A stretch of 62,640 bases of DNA, from positions 1 through 62,640 of the forward strand of contig CAYMED010000016.1 in NCBI GenBank assembly GCA_964389655.1, in the 5' to 3' direction. A program made the translations under genes and the position numbers. This document shows positions 19,752 to 29,056 of the stretch, piece by piece. This stretch comes from an uncultured Candidatus Poseidoniales archaeon. GTDB lineage: Archaea; Thermoplasmatota; Poseidoniia; Poseidoniales; CAYMED01. The first letter of the stretch is position 1. The number at the start of each line of letters is the position of its first letter. Under the pieces are notes generated by a model. The model was not told where the DNA came from. It was given only the letters and a program-made list of their open reading frames with translations, and searched no databases.

Positions 19752-21614
19752 TCATTCACATTCACTCCCTTCTGTCTCAGTCTTTGAATTGATAGTTATG
19801 GATTTACTCATATGCCACGCGACTGCCGCAATCGCCGCCCAGACCCACGCTCCAATGACCAACCCGTGATTAAATGGAAGGGCGAATAAAGCTCCGAGGA
19901 ATGCAGCTGACGCTACAAATTGTGTCATAACAGCTCTTAATGGGTTTGCAGATGTGATTAATGGGATCATCCCTACACGTCCCATTAAAATCAATGGAGT
20001 CGCCAACAGGACTAGAAAAATAGTGCCTTGAGGAATCAATGACGCTTCGTGGCCCAGCAATGAAAGCAATCGTGTATCAAGAATTGCAAGTATAATTGTT
20101 GGAAGGATCAGGATTCTCGTACCTATTGCAAATGCATTTTCTCGGCGTGTTCTCATATCAAGATGGCTCCCCCGCATTTGTGCATTTGCAACACTTCCCG
20201 CGACTTGCCAAGGCAAATTAACTAATGTCCAAGCCACAAGAATTACGCCAGCAACCTCGATTGACACGCGGCTTGAAGCAATCCATGGAAGGAGTAAACC
20301 AGGCAATGAATAAAACAGTCCTTGCCACCAACTTATATGGCCAATATGAAATACATCAATTAACCGCTTTGTAGCTTTAGATGGGGTATGTTTTAGCCAC
20401 TGAGGCATCAACGCAGCACCCGTCATTCCTATGGCTGCAGCCCAGAGGACATTGAGTCCAGTATGGCTTGGTAGAATGATGACCGCTGTAATTCGAATTA
20501 TGTTATTCAATAGCGAACGTATGGGGATATACTCTTCCCGTCCCCATGCAGCTGCGCTTGCATCACGATTTAGTGAAATTATGGTCGCCGCGGCTAGCAG
20601 AAATACACCTCCAAATAAATTGGGCGTGCTTATCTCGGACCACTCAGAAGGAATCCATGAGAAGGACCATGACGATGTGATTACGGAAAAAAAACCACAG
20701 ACTAAACTGAGTATTGCAATCTGAATTGTTGTTGCAAAGAACCACATGTTTTGTGGCCTTTTAGATCGTGTAAGACAATGAACAAGTCCTTGGTTGAGAT
20801 TAAGGGCACAAACAGTAGCCATTAACATTGAAGCAGAAAGTGCAAGTGCTGCGATTCCAATTTCTATAGTTGTGAATCTGAGTCCTACGACAAGCCAAAA
20901 CACAAGTCCACCAATGCTGTTGAATAAGACAATTGTGCTCAAAGCACTAGCTAGTAATGAAACATCATCCATTGAAATTTCACTTACTACTTTCTGAACT
21001 TGTTGTTCGACAAGTAAAACCTCCCGGTTCGCATCAATTTTGACGGTTGGGAGCAAGCATGCTTCATGTAATGCAACATATCCTTGGCATAGGGTCTGAA
21101 TTTCATCAGGTGGGTCTTCCCTTTTTCGATGGCATAGGACATCAACTGGTGCTAAAAGTAACAAGATCTTTGTGGGCGCTCCCATAATTAGGACAACAAG
21201 ACGCATCATTTTGCGTGCTCTTCCAATTTTTGCCCCTTTCTCATTCAATAAATCGGGTAAGATCAGTCGAACTGCGAGGTCGGCCAACCCCCTATCGCAC
21301 CACAAGATGTCTTTTCTTGGAATTGAAAAAAGAGGATGGCGCATCCTGAAATAGCACAAGTCAATACAGGTGGAGATGGTGAGAATCCAATAGCTCATCC
21401 AGTGATCTCGCATCCACTTTCTTTCACTAGATGTTTGAAAAATCCCTCTTTTATGGAGGCTTGGTGAACCCATCCTCTTCCCAATCCACCAAAGTATGAA
21501 TCTCGATGCAAGCATTGGCCTAGGTACGTTTAGGTAAGTGGACTTCTCTCCAAGGTTATTGAGTATCGTACTTTTTCCGACCCCATCTGGGCCAGAAAAT
21601 TCGATGCGAACCAC
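19752..21614 (-). CDS. Fusion of a thymidylate-kinase-like P-loop domain and a polysaccharide flippase (Wzx/MOP-like)
   Basis: N-terminal IEFSGPDGVGKST, CDR, L.AP..L..RK.E, IDAN, then about 11-12 TM helices starting at LSTIVLFNSIGGLVFWLV. Confidence 0.7.
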   Translation of the reverse strand: MVRIEFSGPDGVGKSTILNNLGEKSTYLNVPRPMLASRFILWWIGKRMGSPSLHKRGIFQTSSERKWMRDHWMSYWILTISTCIDLCYFRMRHPLFSIPRKDILWCDRGLADLAVRLILPDLLNEKGAKIGRARKMMRLVVLIMGAPTKILLLLAPVDVLCHRKREDPPDEIQTLCQGYVALHEACLLPTVKIDANREVLLVEQQVQKVVSEISMDDVSLLASALSTIVLFNSIGGLVFWLVVGLRFTTIEIGIAALALSASMLMATVCALNLNQGLVHCLTRSKRPQNMWFFATTIQIAILSLVCGFFSVITSSWSFSWIPSEWSEISTPNLFGGVFLLAAATIISLNRDASAAAWGREEYIPIRSLLNNIIRITAVIILPSHTGLNVLWAAAIGMTGAALMPQWLKHTPSKATKRLIDVFHIGHISWWQGLFYSLPGLLLPWIASSRVSIEVAGVILVAWTLVNLPWQVAGSVANAQMRGSHLDMRTRRENAFAIGTRILILPTIILAILDTRLLSLLGHEASLIPQGTIFLVLLATPLILMGRVGMIPLITSANPLRAVMTQFVASAAFLGALFALPFNHGLVIGAWVWAAIAAVAWHMSKSITINSKTETEGSECE

Positions 21615-21649
21615 GACAATGACCTTCTTTTACATTCACAAAAGACCAA

Positions 21650-22849
21650 TTATTTTGGCCACCACAATGATTCAAGAGACGAAACAACACTCTTGGTAGT
21701 AAATCCTCCTTCAATGAGCCTTTCACGAGCAGCAATCCCCATTTCAATGACTCTCTGCCTGTCTTTTAGTGCATCTCGCAAAGCCAAAACCAATGCCTTG
21801 ACCGACCCTGGTTCAACCAGCCATCCCGTCTTTCCCTCTTCGATCAAATCGACAGTACCCCCATGTGCGGTTCCTATGGCAGCACGGCCCTGAGCCATTG
21901 CTTCCATAATAACAGTTGGACAAGAATCTTTCATCGTGGATGGCACCAAAAGTAAGTGATGCAGATCTAATGAAGTGGCGATTTCATGATGTGGGAGGCG
22001 ATCTATATGAACAACTCCATCAATTGGTGATAAATTAGCTGAAGTGGTTCCGACTGATGTAAGAGAGATCGCTTCACCTTCAGTGCGTAATTGACGTACT
22101 GCTTCACTTGCTAAATCCAGCCCTTTTCCAGCACCAGTGCCCCCAAGGAACATCAATTTCAAATCATCATCACTCGGGTGTGGCTGAATGGGTGTAGTTG
22201 GCATATCAACCATATTTGAAACAACAACAATTTCGGGACCCTTTGCTAGATTTCTCCATTGGCTGGCCACAGATTCACTAACTGCCACAGCACCATCAAG
22301 GCGCTTAAGCAATCGCCGTATGGCTGGATAACCAAGAGAAAGTACAAGTGACTTAGGTAAATCAAATGTATAGCGCATGCATCGAATGCAAGTAAATCGA
22401 CTAACACGCCCATTACAAGGTGCATTGCTTGGTTGTCGCATCAACATCCGGCGAGGGCAATGGAAACAATGGTCATGCAATGTCGTCCAACGTTGCACAT
22501 TATCGGGCAAATTAAGGCGTGCTGCTTGGAAGAGTGACCACCCATGTGCGTGAATAAGATCTGGTTTCCATTGATCAACAATACGCTGCAATTTTCTTTG
22601 AAGGCGCCGATCACGCAGTGGATGGAGAACCATCTCTCCCCGGGGTTTAGCACCGGGTAATCGTCCTAACCCTGCCTCAATTGTGCGGATTTCAACCCCA
22701 TTATCCCGCTTTGGCATTTCAGGGTGCGGTGCTGTCACTATAGTGACTTCATGCCCCGCTTTCAGAAGCCCCCTTCCTAATCGTTGGACATGACCTGCGA
22801 GTCCACCAGATGTTGGTGGATAGGAATCCGTCAACTGCAGCACACGCAT
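21650..22849 (-). CDS. GT4 glycosyltransferase with Cys-rich insert
   Basis: MRVLQLTDSYPP..GG, PDLIHAH, TLHDHCFHCP...C...CIRC, VPS.MKDSCPTVIMEAMA.G. Confidence 0.9.
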   Translation of the reverse strand: MRVLQLTDSYPPTSGGLAGHVQRLGRGLLKAGHEVTIVTAPHPEMPKRDNGVEIRTIEAGLGRLPGAKPRGEMVLHPLRDRRLQRKLQRIVDQWKPDLIHAHGWSLFQAARLNLPDNVQRWTTLHDHCFHCPRRMLMRQPSNAPCNGRVSRFTCIRCMRYTFDLPKSLVLSLGYPAIRRLLKRLDGAVAVSESVASQWRNLAKGPEIVVVSNMVDMPTTPIQPHPSDDDLKLMFLGGTGAGKGLDLASEAVRQLRTEGEAISLTSVGTTSANLSPIDGVVHIDRLPHHEIATSLDLHHLLLVPSTMKDSCPTVIMEAMAQGRAAIGTAHGGTVDLIEEGKTGWLVEPGSVKALVLALRDALKDRQRVIEMGIAARERLIEGGFTTKSVVSSLESLWWPK

Positions 22850-22967
22850 GAAGACCTGCCTCTTTGTTGTCTCTCGGCCATTGATGACCCTTTCCCCGCA
22901 GATTGATGAATGCAGTTTATTGTAGCCTTTTATCCATCATCCCATCGGAAATGCCATCTCCATTAAC

Positions 22968-23966
22968 GTGTCGGGGCGGCATATGGGGGCACGTGATGCA
23001 GTCGAATTAGAGACAACTACTGAGTGTCTCCTTTCCCTAGTCGTGACTTCATATACTATCACCAATATTGAGTACATTCGTGCTTTGCACAGAAGTTTAT
23101 GCGATGAATTAAGTGCAGGTGACGAAGTTGTATATGTCATTGAACGCTGCCCTGAATTGGCAGAAGAAATTCGCCACCTTGAGTCTCTTCCCTCTGTCTC
23201 TATACGTGTGGAAGAATCCGAGAAAAAACTTGGTTTATCAGGGGCACGAAACATGGGTGTTCGCTTATCGAAAGGGGATTGGATTGCCTTTATCGATGAC
23301 GACGCAACTCTACAATTAGGTTGGCGAGATTCTCTTTTTAGATCGATTGCAGATCATCCCGAGGCAATTGGGTTCACAGGTCCTAGCTTGCCTGCATATG
23401 CTGTCGGGGCTCGCTCTTTGTGCCCTGAAGTAAATTGGGTTAATTCATGCTGGAAACCTCGCAAAAAGGAACCTCATCGCGTCCGAAATGCGATCGGCGT
23501 AAACATGATATTCTCTAAAGTGGCATTTGAGCAGTTGGATGATTGGTTTAACCCTGATTTTGGTGCGGTTCAAGGGACTTCTGGAAAAGGCCTCGTGGGT
23601 GAAGAAGTTGATTTTGCGATTCGTGTTCAGAATGCGATAAATCGTCCTATTATGTTCATTCCTAATCTCGCTGTGAACCATCAAATTTCAATATATAGAA
23701 CGACTTGGAAATTCATATCCCACCGTTCAAAAACAGAAGGACGAACCAAAGCCGTCCTTCGTCGCGTGATTCGTGCCTATCCAATTTCAATGAAAGGAAT
23801 GTCAAGGGAGCGTGGCCATTTAGTTCGAATATTTTGCATTGGAATTCCTAGAGAAATATTTTCGCTCCCAATGCACCCCATCCGGTCAATTTTCAACCTT
23901 CGAGACCTTGTTGGCTCTACTTGGCTTGTCGTTACACGTTTCATTTGGAGTACTATCAAGCGATGA
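22968..23966 (+). CDS. GT2 glycosyltransferase, archaeal AglG-like
   Basis: GLSGARNMG, AFIDDDA, RNAIGVNM, GEEVDF, V.H.I...R, EG.TKA. The start may be the ATG at 22983. Confidence 0.85.
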   Translation: MSGRHMGARDAVELETTTECLLSLVVTSYTITNIEYIRALHRSLCDELSAGDEVVYVIERCPELAEEIRHLESLPSVSIRVEESEKKLGLSGARNMGVRLSKGDWIAFIDDDATLQLGWRDSLFRSIADHPEAIGFTGPSLPAYAVGARSLCPEVNWVNSCWKPRKKEPHRVRNAIGVNMIFSKVAFEQLDDWFNPDFGAVQGTSGKGLVGEEVDFAIRVQNAINRPIMFIPNLAVNHQISIYRTTWKFISHRSKTEGRTKAVLRRVIRAYPISMKGMSRERGHLVRIFCIGIPREIFSLPMHPIRSIFNLRDLVGSTWLVVTRFIWSTIKR

Positions 23967-23975
23967 TTGCGGGAT

Positions 23976-25673
23976 TTATTCTTCACTTAGATGTAGCAAA
24001 GGGTCTGAAGAGGGTATCTTTGCATAAGGCATTGGAATTTCCCCACTTGCAGCTTCACTTGTGAGCAGCAACGCAAGTTCAGTATCGATGGACCAGCGAA
24101 CAGATCCTCCGACGTCACCTGAAACAAGTCCCACAATCTCGGCATCAGCAACGGCTCTTTGAGCAGCAGCACGCAATCTTGCTTCAGTGCGCGCGTTGAG
24201 CCGCTGGGAGAAATCCGGGTCACTTGCGAGATTCAGGAGCGTGGTTTTAGCCAGATCCTGACGTTTTCTAGCAGAGGCTCTCAATGCCATTCCTCCTTCT
24301 GCGGTTACCAACCCAGCTGCTGCTAATCGATCAAATTCAGACAAGGATGCTCGTTCTGCCACCAATGTTGCAATCGCTCTTTCCCATTCTTCTGAACGCC
24401 CATCATCACCGTGAGCGATTCCAAGGCGTTTAATCAAGGGCGTGATGATTGGACCTTGAATTAGAAGTGTGAATAGTACGACACTCGATACCATCAGGAA
24501 AATATCATCATATATGCCATGGTCAAAATCGCCAGTGTGGACTAAGTGAGCTAGGATAAGGAGAAGCGCCAGAGATACAGAGCCACGCAAACCAGATACG
24601 TAAATGACGTGCCTCCATTCTTTTGGCACCTCATGATCTCCTACTTTTGGTGAAAGTGCTAATTTTGGATAAACAACCAATCTTGCAAGACTTGCCGCTC
24701 CAATTGCGGTAAGAGCAAGAGGTATTGTTCGCATCCCTGCAGTTTGCATTCGCTGAACGATTTCGAAACCGATTAAGATAAACAAAACAGAGTTAATGAC
24801 AAACGCAATTTGCTCCCAAAAGTGATCGAGTGCAACACGCGCTTGGGGGGTCATTCGTTCAACCTTTCCAATTGAACCAACCACGAGCCCCGCCACAACG
24901 ACTGCGATAACGCCTGACCCATGAAATTGTTCTGCCAAAAGAAATGATCCAAATGCGGTTGCCACAGAAACTGTGACTTCTAGAAGGTGATTTTCAGTCC
25001 AATCCAAGGTAGTATTTGCGACCATCCCTGTCAGGGCGCCCACTCCCGCCCCTACTAGAACGACCATCAGAAATTGGGCAACACCTGAAACAAGGGTTTC
25101 ACTCAGTCCTACCTGCCCCTCAGTAAGGACAAGTGCTAGAATAACTTGGAAAAGAACTACACCCGTCCCATCGTTGAACAATGCTTCTCCTTCCACAATA
25201 GTTGAGAGTCTATGTGGCGCCCCCGCTTCCTTGAATGTTGCTAAAACAGAAACTGGATCGGTGGGTGCTAGGATTGAACCTACGAGGATTGCATATAGGA
25301 AATAGCTCGGGTCAGCACTCCAAATAATGACCCATACAATTGTTCCAATGACAATTGTGTTGATTATTACACTAGGCACGGCTAGCATCAGTACTGCACG
25401 CCAATTCTGTTTGAGTGCCCTCGCATCCATTTTGGATGCGCCATCAAAGAGCAAGGGCGGTAAGATGACAAATAATATCAGATTTGCTGACAATGCCCCT
25501 TCTGTATCAAGAGAATCAAATGCTGCAGCCCCCAACAATCCAACTAGCATCCCCGCGCCCGCAAGTGCAACGGTATAGGGGAGTCGAAATGGACGAATGA
25601 GCAAGGCCACTACAATTGCTAGAGCAAGAGCGCCCACAAGCGGGGGCATGAATGGTGGTGGTAAGACACTCAT
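23976..25673 (-). CDS. Na+/H+ antiporter, CPA1 (NhaP-like)
   Basis: LPPLLF, PTDPVSV, EGEALFNDG, SGVIAVV, FWE, GLRGSVSLAL. Confidence 0.92.
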   Translation of the reverse strand: MSVLPPPFMPPLVGALALAIVVALLIRPFRLPYTVALAGAGMLVGLLGAAAFDSLDTEGALSANLILFVILPPLLFDGASKMDARALKQNWRAVLMLAVPSVIINTIVIGTIVWVIIWSADPSYFLYAILVGSILAPTDPVSVLATFKEAGAPHRLSTIVEGEALFNDGTGVVLFQVILALVLTEGQVGLSETLVSGVAQFLMVVLVGAGVGALTGMVANTTLDWTENHLLEVTVSVATAFGSFLLAEQFHGSGVIAVVVAGLVVGSIGKVERMTPQARVALDHFWEQIAFVINSVLFILIGFEIVQRMQTAGMRTIPLALTAIGAASLARLVVYPKLALSPKVGDHEVPKEWRHVIYVSGLRGSVSLALLLILAHLVHTGDFDHGIYDDIFLMVSSVVLFTLLIQGPIITPLIKRLGIAHGDDGRSEEWERAIATLVAERASLSEFDRLAAAGLVTAEGGMALRASARKRQDLAKTTLLNLASDPDFSQRLNARTEARLRAAAQRAVADAEIVGLVSGDVGGSVRWSIDTELALLLTSEAASGEIPMPYAKIPSSDPLLHLSEE

Positions 25674-25768
25674 CGGGACCTGAGAAGGGGTACAATCACT
25701 TCAATCAGCAGCCTTGTCCAATCTAATGAAGACCTATTCGGTAAGATGTTCTTTGGCGATGTGTTTGA

Positions 25769-27118
25769 TCATCCATGTATCTCTGAGATTAGGTTTGAAT
25801 CAGATGGGTTTTTTTGTTCACCCGTGGATAGATTTCGAAGAGTGACTCGTTTCTTTTCAAGGTCTTCCGGTCCTACAATTATTGCATGTGTGAACCCCGA
25901 AGAAGAAGCCCATTTCAGGGATTTCCCGAGAGATCTTGCCCGCGTTTCTATTTCACATCCAATCCCTTCTTTGCGAAGAAGAGTGACAATATGTAGACAT
26001 AAATCTACATCTATTTTGAGAGGGATTACTGCAATTCTTTTTTTTGCTAGGTTGGGCGAGGCCACTGTGTTTTCTAGAGCAAGTAATATCCGGTCTGTTC
26101 CAAGTCCAAAACCACAACAAGGATCTAGTTCAGGAAGTTCAAATAAATGCATCAATTTGTAAGACCCTCCGCCCAGTACCTGGCTTTCGCCCCTGAGTGA
26201 TTCAACATGCGCTTCAAACACCATTCCTGTGTAATAATCAAGGCCTCGTGCGACTGTAAAATCAATTCGCAAATCATCAGGGAGCGCTCCAAGTGTTCTA
26301 AGATGTTTCAAACATGTTTCTAACTCCCTAAGTGGGGTTTCCCCAATACCAACCTTGCTTAGCAGGTTTTTTGCGCTTTCCAATCCATCACGTTCTGAAC
26401 TAATTGAGGCAAGTTCTTCAATGACTCGTGAAATTCCCATGTCGGCTCCCATTGCTGAAAACAAGTTTTTCAATTCCCCAAACGATCCTTTATCGATGAG
26501 CCTCATTGCCATGTCATGGCAATGCTCATTTTTTGATTTCTGCGTCCATCCAGACCCAATGGCAACCTCAAGATCCGATGGGGTCAACTCATCAGGAAAA
26601 TCACTTGCCGATAATAGATTTCTCAAAATCTCAACATTCCCTATTTTGACATGCCAATCATCTACTCCGGATTTCTCAAGCATTGAGATTGCGCATGCAA
26701 GAACCTCAGCTTCAGCTAAGGGCCCAGATGAACCTATGAGTTCGATCCCAAACTGATCAAATTCTCTCCACCGTCCTTTTTTTGCTTCTTCGTAGCGAAA
26801 ACATGGGCCAGAGTAACAAAGGCGTAACGGCTTTGCACGTTCTCGCAAGGTGCCCTGGGATATCATTCGCATGATTGGAGCGGTCAACTCTGGCCTCAAT
26901 GTCATCTCTCTTCCTGATTTGTCGTTAAATGTGTACAACTGATCTACAATATCAGGTCCTGATTTTGCAGTAAATAGATCAATATGCTCGAAGATTGGGG
27001 TTCTGACTGGCCGAAAACCATGCAATTCAGCTTCACGATGTAACTTCATTTCAAGTGCAATTCGCCGCTCCATTTCCTCAGGGGCATGGTCGCGAGTACC
27101 CCGCGGGCGCTGCATCAT
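25769..27118 (-). CDS. hisS: Histidyl-tRNA synthetase
   Basis: RPRGTRD, LRPELTA, FRYE..KGR.REF.QFG.E, RGLDYYTG, GGGSY, GFGLG.DR and a C-terminal anticodon-binding domain. Confidence 0.97.
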   Translation of the reverse strand: MMQRPRGTRDHAPEEMERRIALEMKLHREAELHGFRPVRTPIFEHIDLFTAKSGPDIVDQLYTFNDKSGREMTLRPELTAPIMRMISQGTLRERAKPLRLCYSGPCFRYEEAKKGRWREFDQFGIELIGSSGPLAEAEVLACAISMLEKSGVDDWHVKIGNVEILRNLLSASDFPDELTPSDLEVAIGSGWTQKSKNEHCHDMAMRLIDKGSFGELKNLFSAMGADMGISRVIEELASISSERDGLESAKNLLSKVGIGETPLRELETCLKHLRTLGALPDDLRIDFTVARGLDYYTGMVFEAHVESLRGESQVLGGGSYKLMHLFELPELDPCCGFGLGTDRILLALENTVASPNLAKKRIAVIPLKIDVDLCLHIVTLLRKEGIGCEIETRARSLGKSLKWASSSGFTHAIIVGPEDLEKKRVTLRNLSTGEQKNPSDSNLISEIHG

Positions 27119-27178
27119 ATATTCAGCCGGTTCCACTCTTGCTTCAAAGCGGTTGCCGGAACATTGTGCCATTACGCC

Positions 27179-28339
27179 TCAATCAAGGTCAGATAAGAGG
27201 CCACGCACTTCATCATCACTCGCAGGGCGAAGACTCTCATCTAAACCTAGAAAATCGAGTTTTCTAGCGTTTTTCTTTTTCTCATCTATTCCCCATGGAC
27301 TTTTCCCCCTTTTTTTGACCATTTTCGGATTCTTTGCAACTTCAACGCGCCGCACTTGATCATCTGCATCTGATGTTTCAGTGACCCAACCAATCTCTCT
27401 CTCTTCATCGTCATTGCCGCTTTGCCGTACCCATAATTCTCTAGAGGTTTTGGGTTCAATATTTTTAGGAAGCATTTTCTTTTTTGAACTTGAAATAGCC
27501 GGCTTTTTTCCTTCTTTTTCCTGTTTATCATCATATTTGATTTTCTGAACCGTCAAACTTTCAACCTCTTCCGGCCTTTCTTTTACGGCTTCTGTGTTCA
27601 CGGGGGCCGATTTTTCGATTTCGTCGGCTTTGCTATGAGCGACATCATCCACCTCTTTTTCGACATCAGTGCTTGCGTCTTTTTCAGTTCGCTTTCCTTG
27701 GTTGATACCACCATCTGCTGGATGGTTATTGATCTCTTCAGGATTTGAATCCAACTTCTCGATTCCAGCAACTTGTTCTGGTTGAAGTTCTTTTTGTACA
27801 ACAATCATCGGCTGCGAGGTGACTTTCCTTCTCCTGCGGGGTGAACCGGAATTGCCCTTGGTAGCCATCTCGATCAAATCATCTGAATCACCCATATGAG
27901 TTTGATCTTTCGGATTATTGACGATATCGAATTGCAAAATCTTGCTAAATCCATTCTTTTCAAGAGGTGGCCCATACCATGGCCCAAGGCGCCCCGTGTG
28001 CAGTATGTCTCGGTTTGTTGATGCAATCGTCGGCAAATCTTCAATGAAATCAGGGGGTGGTGTTGTATTCAGTTTGACTTTCCTTTCCTCCAAATGCTGA
28101 AGGTGAAAGTTTCTCCTGTTTTTTACATTCTTTGACCGTTCGCGTAATTCAAGAGTTAGTTCATCTTCTGCCTGAATCCACATTTGTTTTACCCGATCTT
28201 CAGATTTATTCTCTTTTTCTTCTTTTTCCTTTAAAGGAGATGGTAGGTCTTCTCGTTTCCAATACCATCGAAGAAGTGGTAAACCAAGTAAAGTCAGCAA
28301 TAGAGCCGTGAGGCTACCAATCACCCACCCGTTCACCAA
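27179..28339 (-). CDS. Hypothetical protein: N-terminal TM anchor with highly charged low-complexity body
   Basis: 386-aa ORF co-oriented with hisS and ending shortly before its start; one hydrophobic helix, then E/K/D-rich sequence. Confidence 0.6.
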   Translation of the reverse strand: MVNGWVIGSLTALLLTLLGLPLLRWYWKREDLPSPLKEKEEKENKSEDRVKQMWIQAEDELTLELRERSKNVKNRRNFHLQHLEERKVKLNTTPPPDFIEDLPTIASTNRDILHTGRLGPWYGPPLEKNGFSKILQFDIVNNPKDQTHMGDSDDLIEMATKGNSGSPRRRRKVTSQPMIVVQKELQPEQVAGIEKLDSNPEEINNHPADGGINQGKRTEKDASTDVEKEVDDVAHSKADEIEKSAPVNTEAVKERPEEVESLTVQKIKYDDKQEKEGKKPAISSSKKKMLPKNIEPKTSRELWVRQSGNDDEEREIGWVTETSDADDQVRRVEVAKNPKMVKKRGKSPWGIDEKKKNARKLDFLGLDESLRPASDDEVRGLLSDLD

Positions 28340-28522
28340 GAATAATCGCTAATTTCTTTCTAAATAACTTGTTTGCTAATTGATAAAGTCACATTGCTAT
28401 ATTGCGAAGAGTTTGAAATTGTAATCATATTCCGACAAATGCCCGAGTGACGTGAAGAGGGTCAGCCGAGCCGATTGGTGATGACGAACCCTATGAAAGC
28501 GGACGGGCGCGCATCTAGGCGC

Positions 28523-29056
28523 ATGATACATCGCCGCATTCCAGTGCTGTGCACCATTCTCCTTGTATTCACTTCATCTGGATGCATAGGCATTTTGCCA
28601 ACGCGTGAATTACTCGAGAATATTCGTGGGCCGCCAAGTGATGATGTTGTTTTAGAGGCCCATCAGGTGAATCATACATTTACATCCTTCAATCCTGCTG
28701 AATCATACTTCTCTCAAAGTTTGCCTATCTCGGTGGATGAAGATGCTCGTTCCTTGAGATTAGCTTTCCAAGTACACATGGATTTTCAGGAATTCGAAAA
28801 CCAAACTTCAGATTTTCGTTATGTATCTTATCGCTTGCTGAATCCGGATGGAAGTCCCCAGTGGGAAGAAAATGCCACGCATTCGATGAGTCCTGGTCAG
28901 AAATCTTTGCTTGACCCTAGTCCCGGAAATTGGACACTTGAGGTTACGGCACGTGGGTATGGCTTTTCAGTAGGTGGAATTATAGAATCTAACGACCGTT
29001 TTAATTTGGTCGTAACAATCGAAAGCGTCGAGCTTGTGCATGCAGATGAAACTTGA
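28523..29056 (+). CDS. Putative lipoprotein with a PPC-like beta-sandwich
   Basis: Basic n-region, hydrophobic h-region and lipobox-like SSGC; L.NPDG...PSPGNWTLEV. Confidence 0.65.
   Translation: MIHRRIPVLCTILLVFTSSGCIGILPTRELLENIRGPPSDDVVLEAHQVNHTFTSFNPAESYFSQSLPISVDEDARSLRLAFQVHMDFQEFENQTSDFRYVSYRLLNPDGSPQWEENATHSMSPGQKSLLDPSPGNWTLEVTARGYGFSVGGIIESNDRFNLVVTIESVELVHADET

Noticed and set aside
18714-21614. Lasso-peptide cluster (these can include a similar nucleotidyltransferase and a kinase)
   Set aside because: No lasso cyclase, B protein or precursor peptide; the context is entirely glycosyltransferases.
19752-21614. Housekeeping thymidylate kinase (tmk)
   Set aside because: The domain is divergent, fused to a flippase and located in a glycan island, so no gene symbol was assigned.
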